Source: Escherichia phage QL01
Sequence record: NC_028847.1
Reading direction: 5' to 3' (one strand)
DNA: 64,000 nucleotides
Shown here: positions 1 through 7,689 of the stretch, in pieces
Layout of the letters: the number at the start of each line of letters is the position of its first letter
How positions within the stretch are numbered: position 1 is the first letter of the stretch
Notes under the pieces: model-generated
Seen by the model: only the letters and a program-made list of their open reading frames with translations
The model's database searches: none
What the model was told of the DNA's origin: nothing
Made by a program: the position numbers and the translations under genes

Positions 1-166
1 CTTCTTCGCCATAACACGAGCTATTCAGCCAATCTTCGAGACGAACTTCACCGTCATAATCGTCGAGCTCAACACCAAAACTTTGAGCAGAAGCCATATC
101 TTTTACTTTCTTATACAGTGCAGCCAGTTCAAGTGCAGCTTTTTCTAATTCATTAATATCAGACAT
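1..166 (-). CDS. hypothetical small protein, partial (start at 166, 3' end beyond window start)
   Basis: ATG at 166-164 (minus) preceded by AAGGTGA RBS; reads MSDINELEKAALELAALYKK...DWLNSSCYGEE; adjacent to the W-x-SS-x-x-C family. Confidence 0.4.
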   Translation of the reverse strand, partial: MSDINELEKAALELAALYKKVKDMASAQSFGVELDDYDGEVRLEDWLNSSCYGEE

Positions 167-177
167 TTTTTATCACC

Positions 178-390
178 TTAGCAAGACATAGAGGATGTAA
201 ACCAGAAACCTTCACCTTCCGGAATACCGTAGTCATCACGGACCCATTCGTAATCATCATATTCCGGGTTCTTTGGAGAAATGTATTCTCCACGACCAGA
301 AACACGGAACTCTTCACCCGTTTCGTCAGCCACAGACTGGCCTTTACGTACTAATTCACGGATTTGGTTTTCAATTTCATCAATAGTCAT
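178..390 (-). CDS. hypothetical small protein, W-x-SS-x-x-C C-terminal family
   Basis: 70 aa ORF ending ...GFWFTSSMSC; tightly packed with neighbours on same strand. Confidence 0.55.
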   Translation of the reverse strand: MTIDEIENQIRELVRKGQSVADETGEEFRVSGRGEYISPKNPEYDDYEWVRDDYGIPEGEGFWFTSSMSC

Positions 391-399
391 TTTATTTCC

Positions 400-681
400 T
401 TAACATTCAGAAGAAGAGGACACCCAACCACCATTTTCTAGGCTGGTAGTGTAATCATGTTGGTTTACAATAGCGTACTGAGCTTCACCGTATTCTTCCC
501 AGTGGGCAAGGTCGGCTTTCAAGGCGCCAGGAGAATAATAGTCACCGCCCATACCGCGAGCAGGGTATATATTAAAATGAGTCTCATATTTGTTTGCAAT
601 TTCCTCGGCACGACGAATAGCTTTATGGATATCATTTACTGCTTCAGCCAATTCTTTATTTTTATGGTAATCATTCATCAT
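400..681 (-). CDS. hypothetical small protein, W-x-SS-x-x-C C-terminal family
   Basis: 93 aa ORF ending ...GGWVSSSSEC; 9 nt from next gene. Confidence 0.55.
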   Translation of the reverse strand: MMNDYHKNKELAEAVNDIHKAIRRAEEIANKYETHFNIYPARGMGGDYYSPGALKADLAHWEEYGEAQYAIVNQHDYTTSLENGGWVSSSSEC

Positions 682-690
682 AGCGTTTCC

Positions 691-981
691 TTAGCACATT
701 GCCGAAGAGGAGATCCAAGCACCAACTGTAACGACGCCATTTTCAACTTCACCACCGTTGTTTTCAATTTCATCTTTAAACCACTGGGAGCATTCATAAC
801 CGACAGGATAATATGTACGGCCTGAACCATAATCACCAGTACCGAATTGGATACCATACTTATCGGCAATAGCTTCACATTCATGTTCGATGGTATTCAC
901 TTTATTCAGAAGAGCATAGATAGCCTTTTCTGCAGATTTCTCGTCATTGTGTTCCGGGATTTCAATTTCAATTTTATTCAT
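691..981 (-). CDS. hypothetical small protein, W-x-SS-x-x-C C-terminal family
   Basis: 96 aa ORF ending ...GAWISSSAMC. Confidence 0.55.
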   Translation of the reverse strand: MNKIEIEIPEHNDEKSAEKAIYALLNKVNTIEHECEAIADKYGIQFGTGDYGSGRTYYPVGYECSQWFKDEIENNGGEVENGVVTVGAWISSSAMC

Positions 982-1331
982 GATTTACATTCCTTAATAA
1001 AGGTTTCAAGGTCATTACGTTTAGTTTGTTTTACATACTCATTATAATTAGCCATAGCTAAAGCATATCTCTTTTTACGTGGCTTGTTTATTTTATTAGT
1101 TTGGGCAATATCAAAGACCCATGGGATAAAAAATCCTATTAAAGCCGGAACCCAAATCCATGCAAGGCTCATATCTTCAAACGGATGGCGAGGCATACCA
1201 TTAATAATCCCACCGACAAGAAATCCAATTATCCCTGCAGTCATACTAGTAGCAATGCCGAGGAATAAGGAAATAGCTATATCATAATCTGCTAATGCGT
1301 AACCAGGGTCGGTTTTACTAGGCTTATGCAT
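978..1331 (-). CDS. hypothetical membrane protein
   Basis: ORF 978..1418 trimmed to internal ATG (MHKPSK...) that abuts stop of upstream gene; two hydrophobic helices. Confidence 0.45.
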   Translation of the reverse strand: MHKPSKTDPGYALADYDIAISLFLGIATSMTAGIIGFLVGGIINGMPRHPFEDMSLAWIWVPALIGFFIPWVFDIAQTNKINKPRKKRYALAMANYNEYVKQTKRNDLETFIKECKS

Positions 1332-1788
1332 TTTGAACCTCTTTAGCGTATTCGCGACATTCAGTAATAAAACGATTAAGTTTACGTTGTTGTTTACGAA
1401 TCTCTGATGTATACTCATTGGCTAAAATAATAAGCTCATCTTTATCGTAATTTTTAATATCCGAATAACTCGGGCGGCGGTCGACCATACCAAAGTGGTC
1501 ACCATTTTCTAACATCAAATAGCATACTAAATGGTAATCATCGTCGGCATCAACAAGCTGTTTATAATCGCTTGGTTCATTTAAAGAGTATACTGAATAG
1601 CGTAGCTCAGCTAAAGCAAAGATAAAGGGTAATTTGGTAGTATGCTCACGGCTAGATGTTCTGCTTAAGAAATCGTTTGAATAGCCTAGGTCTTGGCGAA
1701 TTCTATAAAGAACTGAATTGGTTTCATGGGAAAGACCACTATTTTTAAACCAATCAATATTTGATATCAGGTCGTCGTATAAACTCAT
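1324..1788 (-). CDS. hypothetical protein
   Basis: 154 aa ORF with GGAGGAGAGGAG RBS upstream. Confidence 0.55.
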   Translation of the reverse strand: MSLYDDLISNIDWFKNSGLSHETNSVLYRIRQDLGYSNDFLSRTSSREHTTKLPFIFALAELRYSVYSLNEPSDYKQLVDADDDYHLVCYLMLENGDHFGMVDRRPSYSDIKNYDKDELIILANEYTSEIRKQQRKLNRFITECREYAKEVQNA

Positions 1789-1836
1789 AATATTCTCCTC
1801 TCCTCCAAATAGGGAGACCGAAGTCTCCCGGTAACA

Positions 1837-2430
1837 TTACTTAAGTGAATTAATGTAGTCTTCGATATCAGCAGAAGTCGTATCCATTCCAACTTGCGGG
1901 CCTTTAAACGTTTCTACGCGCAGTAGGGTGTCTTCAATATCAATCTTGGTCAGTGCAGCGATTTCAACAACATCGTCGGCAGTAGCAATACCAAGGGCAG
2001 CCATATTACGAGTTTCACGGATGTACTCGAGCTTAACAGCCAGTTCCTGACGAGAGTCATCAAGTTCCTTAACCTTCAGTTTAATTTCATTACGCATTTC
2101 GATATAATCATCGGCTTTCTTCCGAAGCTGAGTAGCTGTACGACGATAAAGGAGACCGAGTTTAGCATGTACCTGGACATCAGAGCCTTCGGCAATCAGT
2201 TTACGAATTTCACGTTCTTTAGAAGCAGCGAGCTGGTCCTTTTCATTAGCCAAAGCACGAATACGTTTTTCTTCATTCACAGACTTAACATGAGCAGTCT
2301 GGAGTTCAGTGATTTTATCAATCAGAGTAGAAGCAGCTTTGGTGTATTGGTCTTCGATTGACAGGTTCTGAGTCATTGCGGTGCCCAGTTTAGAACGAAT
2401 GAATTCAACGATTTTCTTTAAAGTGTTCAT
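1837..2430 (-). CDS. coiled-coil protein, possibly PspA/IM30-like
   Basis: 197 aa, long heptad-rich helical sequence; PspA resemblance is by eye only. Confidence 0.5.
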   Translation of the reverse strand: MNTLKKIVEFIRSKLGTAMTQNLSIEDQYTKAASTLIDKITELQTAHVKSVNEEKRIRALANEKDQLAASKEREIRKLIAEGSDVQVHAKLGLLYRRTATQLRKKADDYIEMRNEIKLKVKELDDSRQELAVKLEYIRETRNMAALGIATADDVVEIAALTKIDIEDTLLRVETFKGPQVGMDTTSADIEDYINSLK

Positions 2431-2506
2431 AGTATTTCCTTCAGTTGGTTAACGTTTTGTAATCCATGAGGACATTATACCCTGTCCTCTGAGGTTTGTA
2501 AACATT

Positions 2507-2905
2507 TTATTTCATTTTTGCGAGGCAGATTTCATTGGCTTCCCATTGAGCTTGCTTAATAATAGCTTTGGATACAGGAACCCTTTGGCCATAAGTTTTT
2601 GATGTTGAGAGAACAATATGTTTGTTTGCTTCATTATGCCAGCCCCATGATTTTTCGCCATGAGTACCTTTAACTACAGCTGACACCTCAACAGAGCAAC
2701 CACCATCAGAAATCTTGGTTTCGACAACCCATTCATTTCTCTCGACAGCTTCAATTTCCAATCTAGTTTTTTCTTCATACATCGCGGCCCAATCAGTTTT
2801 TGCCAAGTTGAAAGCAAGAGCTTTCTCTAATTCTTTGGCATATTTTTGTTGTTCGGGTGTTAATGAATTATACAACTCTTGCATTTCTTTATCTTCGATA
2901 TTCAT
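2507..2905 (-). CDS. hypothetical protein
   Basis: 132 aa ORF. Confidence 0.5.
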   Translation of the reverse strand: MNIEDKEMQELYNSLTPEQQKYAKELEKALAFNLAKTDWAAMYEEKTRLEIEAVERNEWVVETKISDGGCSVEVSAVVKGTHGEKSWGWHNEANKHIVLSTSKTYGQRVPVSKAIIKQAQWEANEICLAKMK

Positions 2906-2964
2906 TATGTTCTCCTCAAATTATGGGGCTCATAATATCTTAATAATGAGCCCATGTAAACGTT

Positions 2965-3228
2965 TTATTTCATATTATTGAAATAATTTTCTGCATCAAA
3001 ATCACTACCATGGTAAACTTTGGTAGACGATTTGGCGTAACCTTCAGCTGAGAACATATTAATCACAACTTTAATTGTATACCACTGTCCATCTTCATTA
3101 CCCATTACTGCATAGGTTTCATACACCGGGTGTTCAGGACCGATAACCTTAATATCGTTAACTGTGGCACCAAATTCTTCCGGAACACATTTCATAAAGA
3201 AATTAAACACTTCACCATAATTATCCAT
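2965..3228 (-). CDS. hypothetical protein
   Basis: ORF track start is GTG at 3243; ATG at 3228 has GGAGAG RBS; early promoter cassette immediately upstream. Confidence 0.5.
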   Translation of the reverse strand: MDNYGEVFNFFMKCVPEEFGATVNDIKVIGPEHPVYETYAVMGNEDGQWYTIKVVINMFSAEGYAKSSTKVYHGSDFDAENYFNNMK

Positions 3229-3263
3229 TTTACTCTCCTTCACTCTGTTGTTTTGATAGGTCT

Positions 3264-3292
3264 ATAGTATCATGTTCTACGAAAGAGTAAAC
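3264..3292 (-). promoter_or_regulatory. T4-type early promoter cassette (GTTTAC -35, TACTAT -10), copy 1 of 5
   Basis: minus strand reads GTTTAC-N16-TACTAT then agacctatcaaaac leader; same cassette at 6381, 6949, 41601, 57436. Confidence 0.5.
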
Positions 3293-3311
3293 ATCTTTTT
3301 TAAACCTTTTA

Positions 3312-3344
3312 GAAACAAAAAAGGCCCAACCTTTCGGAAGGGCC
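3312..3344 (-). terminator. intrinsic terminator (hairpin with GAAA loop plus U-run), copy 1 of 3 identical hairpins
   Basis: ggcccaacctttcggaagggcc at 3323-3344; A-run on plus strand gives U-run on minus strand. Confidence 0.5.
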
Positions 3345-3349
3345 TAGAA

Positions 3350-3904
3350 TCAGTTCTTGTAGAACCGGAATGGGTTTATGTGGAAGGCTAACATAGCCTT
3401 AGGGATTTTACGAGACAAAAGGCTCTTAAGCTTCCAACCACAGTACACGCGAAGGTAAAAGGTAATCCCACCAACCTTAAGATATGGAACTGAAGCAAAT
3501 ACACCCCAGGCGTCGTCATTCCACATCCATAACCACCCGTGATGAGCTTTATCAGGAGAACCGGATTCCACGTCGGGATTACCTCGATAATGGAATTCCG
3601 AGCTACAATCACGACCGAGTTTATGGTAAGCAAAGTTATAAGCTTTATTTCGCCATAGCCAAGCTACTCTCTGAAGATAAACACCACCCGGCATTTTCCT
3701 GATGTTAGCCCAACGTTTAATATGACCTTTATCACCGTCAATTGGATTATCGTATGTCATCATCCAATCAAAGCCGTACGGTAATTTACCTGTCTTTTTA
3801 TTGTGGAAAGGAACCACAAATGGTGCAAGGATAACAGCCAGAACCATAGAGATAAAATCCAGTGGAACCAACAGAACCCAACTCAAATATTTTAAAAGTT
3901 TCAT
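3350..3904 (-). CDS. hypothetical protein with N-terminal hydrophobic segment
   Basis: ORF 3350..4009 trimmed to ATG at 3904 (MKLLKYLSW...), downstream of terminator hairpin. Confidence 0.45.
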   Translation of the reverse strand: MKLLKYLSWVLLVPLDFISMVLAVILAPFVVPFHNKKTGKLPYGFDWMMTYDNPIDGDKGHIKRWANIRKMPGGVYLQRVAWLWRNKAYNFAYHKLGRDCSSEFHYRGNPDVESGSPDKAHHGWLWMWNDDAWGVFASVPYLKVGGITFYLRVYCGWKLKSLLSRKIPKAMLAFHINPFRFYKN

Positions 3905-3920
3905 ATATTTCTCTAAGTTA

Positions 3921-3943
3921 ACCAAAAAGCCCCAGACGGGGCT
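3921..3943 (-). terminator. terminator hairpin after internal-protein gene
   Basis: gccccagacggggc hairpin at 3929-3942 flanked by A/T runs on both sides. Confidence 0.45.
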
Positions 3944-3947
3944 TTCG

Positions 3948-4412
3948 TTATTTGATTTGTTTAGCAGACCAGATACGGTCTTTGATGATTTTCTGAATAT
4001 CTTCAACATACTCTAAGTCGTGAGCATGTGGATTATCTTTGAAGCTATGTGCTCGTGCCAGTTTCTGGCCTTCTGTTTTGATTACTAAAAGCTCTTTAAG
4101 AATTGCTTCATACTTAGAAATAATTCCTTTGGCGATATTTTTTTCTTGAGCGGCTTTAGGGTCCGCTTTTGACGCAGGTGCTTTACCTGTAGCTTTCTGG
4201 AACAATTCACCTGAGGCAGCTAGGCTTTTAAAAACTCGGCTAACAGTATTGGCATTAGTAAAACCTTCGGCTTTAAAATCTTTAATAAAACGGAAACGTT
4301 CTTCATCAGAGGCGTCTTTGTAAGAATATTTACCTGCTTGAATTGCTGCAATCGCAGCGGCTTTTACATCTGAACTAGATTGTTCAGTCAAAAATTCATT
4401 GTAAGTTTTCAT
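3948..4412 (-). CDS. internal protein (IP-like) with capsid-targeting N-terminus
   Basis: starts MKTYNEFLTE, matching the T4 IP capsid-targeting sequence as recalled (MKTYQEFIAE); own late promoter and terminator. Confidence 0.7.
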   Translation of the reverse strand: MKTYNEFLTEQSSSDVKAAAIAAIQAGKYSYKDASDEERFRFIKDFKAEGFTNANTVSRVFKSLAASGELFQKATGKAPASKADPKAAQEKNIAKGIISKYEAILKELLVIKTEGQKLARAHSFKDNPHAHDLEYVEDIQKIIKDRIWSAKQIK

Positions 4413-4438
4413 ATTATTTCCTAAGTTAGTTTACTACA

Positions 4439-4446
4439 TATTTATA
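4439..4446 (-). promoter_or_regulatory. late promoter TATAAATA
   Basis: exact TATAAATA on minus strand about 27 nt upstream of ATG at 4412. Confidence 0.5.
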
Positions 4447-4476
4447 CAAAAAAAGCCCAACCTTTCGGAAGGGCCT
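4446..4476 (-). terminator. intrinsic terminator, copy 2 of the repeated hairpin
   Basis: gcccaacctttcggaagggcc at 4455-4475 with A-run 4447-4454 (U-run on minus). Confidence 0.5.
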
Positions 4477-4526
4477 TTAACCTAGGGTAACCTTGTCGGG
4501 GTTCCACCTGCTAGGCAAGTGTTTGT

Positions 4527-4618
4527 ACGAAACGCCGGGATTCGAACCCGGTTATTAAGTAGTTGACGCCACTCAATATTTTTAAAAGGCCATATCTCGA
4601 CCATATCCGAACGTTCCG
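4527..4618 (-). tRNA. tRNA-like element (perfect T-arm, atypical body)
   Basis: minus strand CCGGG-TTCGAAT-CCCGG T-arm plus 7-bp acceptor pairing (CGGAACG/CGTTTCG), but no convincing D or anticodon arm. Confidence 0.25.
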
Positions 4619-4857
4619 TCAAAAACGCTACTCGGCTTACGGCAAAGATATTTCCTCGAATCGATAATTCGGTGCGCCGTTTCTGCTGTGATGTAAGGGG
4701 ACGTTAACAGATCGTAAAGATTTGTTAATGCCAGTCCTTACTCAGGGAACATCAGTCCGACGACTTACCGGTAGCGACCCGGTTTCTTGTTTGTTGCGCC
4801 GGTGAATGCTGGTAATCAGTCTTCATACGACGGCTTGACTATATAATAGTCTTCATT

Positions 4858-4932
4858 TGGTATCCCGCCCTGGGATCGAACCAGGACCGCAAACTTAGAA
4901 GGATCGTATGCTATCCATTACACCAGCGGGAC
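4858..4932 (-). tRNA. tRNA-Arg (anticodon UCU)
   Basis: 75 nt cloverleaf folded by hand: acceptor GTCCCGC/GCGGGAT, T-arm CCTGG-TTCGATC-CCAGG, anticodon loop CTTCTAA, encoded CCA. Confidence 0.85.
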
Positions 4933-4937
4933 GTAGT

Positions 4938-5014
4938 TGGTGACCCAGACCAGATTTGAACTGGTAACCTTTCCCTTATGAGGGGACTGCTGCTAACCAT
5001 TGAGCTACAGGGCC
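4938..5014 (-). tRNA. tRNA with CAU anticodon (Ile-lysidine type or Met)
   Basis: 77 nt: acceptor GGCCCTG, T-arm ACCAG-TTCAAAT-CTGGT, anticodon loop CTCATAA, encoded CCA; 5 nt from tRNA-Arg. Confidence 0.75.
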
Positions 5015-5019
5015 TTAAA

Positions 5020-5286
5020 TCAAACTACAAATCCAGCAGGAGCATTATCATCTTTAGCCATGTGCTGAATTGTATGATAAGTCATTTCTTCAGGAGCAAC
5101 CAGATAAGCCGCAGCGTTAACTAGTGGAATTATTTTTGGTTTGGCGAATGTGCTATCGGCAATTGCCATAAAGGGCTCGCCATCAGTCTCAACTTCGCCA
5201 AATTGACATTCATATGAAATAGAACAACGTTTGGTAGTTGTTGTCTTGGTTTCTGGGTCGTAAAAAGCTAATTTTAATACTAACAT
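5020..5286 (-). CDS. hypothetical protein
   Basis: ORF track start is GTG at 5292; first ATG at 5286; stop abuts tRNA 5' end. Confidence 0.4.
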   Translation of the reverse strand: MLVLKLAFYDPETKTTTTKRCSISYECQFGEVETDGEPFMAIADSTFAKPKIIPLVNAAAYLVAPEEMTYHTIQHMAKDDNAPAGFVV

Positions 5287-5460
5287 AAACACCTCAAATA
5301 AAATTAAGTAAAGTAAGTTTGATTAATAGACCTTGTCTATTATGAAAGGTTCTTTGAGGGAAGAACCTTTGGTAATAGAGGGTATTAATGATAGAGTAAT
5401 AATAACACATTACTCTTAAAGCATATTACTATTTTTAGGAATAGTCTGGTCAAATTTGAT

Positions 5461-5751
5461 TCATTGTGGCCACATATTAATGTAATCAAGTTTAATAGAA
5501 GCAATCTTCAAAGGATTTTTAAAGATGTCGTATTCGACCAACCCGTTTTCAGTTGCGGTGTAGAAAGTAAAGTTAACAGAATTATAACGGCGACCATTAA
5601 CTTTTAGTTTAACGTCGCTTGAACTACGACCAATATTAACCTGTTGGACATCAAGCACAGCACCTTTGCCAAAGTTGCGAATCAGTAGCTCTGCTGCAAC
5701 CTGGTCTGAATTATAGCCATTCTCTGGATTAGTAACCTTAACGTATAGCAT
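5461..5751 (-). CDS. hypothetical protein
   Basis: 96 aa ORF, start overlaps stop of upstream gene. Confidence 0.5.
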   Translation of the reverse strand: MLYVKVTNPENGYNSDQVAAELLIRNFGKGAVLDVQQVNIGRSSSDVKLKVNGRRYNSVNFTFYTATENGLVEYDIFKNPLKIASIKLDYINMWPQ

Positions 5752-6159
5752 TTAACCCTCGTCTACAATAGTATGGGTATTAGCATTAACAATCTGCCAC
5801 CAGTCACAGTCAAAACGATTAGAACCGTAACGAGGCTTTTTCTCATTTTCGTTAATAATATCACGTAGTTCGTCTTCAGAAAATGCTTTAGCGATTAAAT
5901 CGGTATAGCCGCCACGTGGATAATAGTTATCACCTGCGAACAGAAGGAAATTTACTTTACCAGAAGGAACATATGCTTCCTTAGGATACTTGTTTCCTGC
6001 TTGGTCTACCACTTCAATATAACGGTAAGGAATATCGGTACTTTCAACCCATTGCCAAGCTGCAGCAGGGGATTCAAAAGCATCTACACCTAAACGGTTA
6101 TCTTCATCTTTAGACGGATTATTTTCATAATCCGCATATACATAATATTCAATGTTCAT
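5752..6159 (-). CDS. hypothetical protein
   Basis: 135 aa ORF. Confidence 0.5.
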   Translation of the reverse strand: MNIEYYVYADYENNPSKDEDNRLGVDAFESPAAAWQWVESTDIPYRYIEVVDQAGNKYPKEAYVPSGKVNFLLFAGDNYYPRGGYTDLIAKAFSEDELRDIINENEKKPRYGSNRFDCDWWQIVNANTHTIVDEG

Positions 6160-6344
6160 TATTCACCTTTAGAGATTTTATCCATAACGAAAGAAATTGA
6201 ACCAATTAAGAATGCCACTACTAAAGAGATTATATTCTCGGAAGTTGAAAGCATATCGAGCATGAATCCTGCAAACATACTAAAGCCAAAAGCAGTAACA
6301 GCGGCCAGTGCAGTAACATTTCTAATTAATTCACAACGTTTCAT
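6159..6344 (-). CDS. small membrane protein
   Basis: ORF track start is TTG at 6356; ATG at 6344 with GGAGA RBS; hydrophobic helices; early promoter cassette upstream. Confidence 0.5.
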   Translation of the reverse strand: MKRCELIRNVTALAAVTAFGFSMFAGFMLDMLSTSENIISLVVAFLIGSISFVMDKISKGE

Positions 6345-6380
6345 TTTATTCTCCAATCACTCATTTGTTTTGATAGGGCT

Positions 6381-6410
6381 ATAGTACCATCACTAAAGCC
6401 CGTTGTAAAC
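6381..6410 (-). promoter_or_regulatory. T4-type early promoter cassette, copy 2
   Basis: GTTTAC ... TACTAT agccctatcaaaac on minus strand. Confidence 0.5.
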
Positions 6411-6412
6411 AA

Positions 6413-6685
6413 TTATTTTAAATAAATTGCATATTTTTTATAACCAGCCGTCTCGTGGCGCAGCCCTTTTTCATTAGCAAAACGTTCAATATTGTTAATT
6501 TGATTCTGGTCGAGTTCTGAAGTATCAAATACAAAAAAGTTTCGCTTATTGCCTAAAGTTACGTGATTAGTCAAATCGATGTTATAGAGATGATTTATAT
6601 TATCAATCATGGTCTTAACAGATTTGTTAATTTTTACTTCTTCATTAAGAATAGATTCAGCGATAAATTCTTGGTATGATTTCAT
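6413..6685 (-). CDS. internal protein (IP-like) with capsid-targeting N-terminus
   Basis: starts MKSYQEFIAE. Confidence 0.65.
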   Translation of the reverse strand: MKSYQEFIAESILNEEVKINKSVKTMIDNINHLYNIDLTNHVTLGNKRNFFVFDTSELDQNQINNIERFANEKGLRHETAGYKKYAIYLK

Positions 6686-6686
6686 T

Positions 6687-6911
6687 TTATTCAGCGCCAG
6701 CGGCTTTCAAAAGTTTTTTAAGATTGGCTATGCCGCCAGCAGAAAACGTGACCTTGCCACCTTTTTCATTGATAGAGCCAGTCAATTTAGCAAGCTTATC
6801 ACTAGGGACTTTTTTAAAATCAGCCAGTGTGCCATCAAAGGTTTTTGTAACAATTGGCAGTTCATCTTCATGTCTTTTAGCTTCGGTGATAAATTCTTGA
6901 TAAGTTTTCAT
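6687..6911 (-). CDS. internal protein (IP-like) with capsid-targeting N-terminus
   Basis: starts MKTYQEFITE; early promoter cassette upstream. Confidence 0.65.
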   Translation of the reverse strand: MKTYQEFITEAKRHEDELPIVTKTFDGTLADFKKVPSDKLAKLTGSINEKGGKVTFSAGGIANLKKLLKAAGAE

Positions 6912-6948
6912 TTTGATTTCCGTTTGGTTAGTTTGTTTTGATAGGTCT

Positions 6949-6977
6949 ATAGTATCATGCCTATAGACCTTGTAAAC
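6949..6977 (-). promoter_or_regulatory. T4-type early promoter cassette, copy 3
   Basis: GTTTAC-N17-TACTAT agacctatcaaaac on minus strand. Confidence 0.5.
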
Positions 6978-6988
6978 AACTTTTTAAA

Positions 6989-7681
<693 letters not shown>

Positions 7682-7689
<8 letters not shown>

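Noticed and set aside
4619-4857. Possible additional tRNAs between the tRNA-like element and tRNA-Arg
   Set aside because: No GTTCRANYC-type T-loop or acceptor pairing found on either strand by eye; left as an uncharacterised non-coding gap (see findings).
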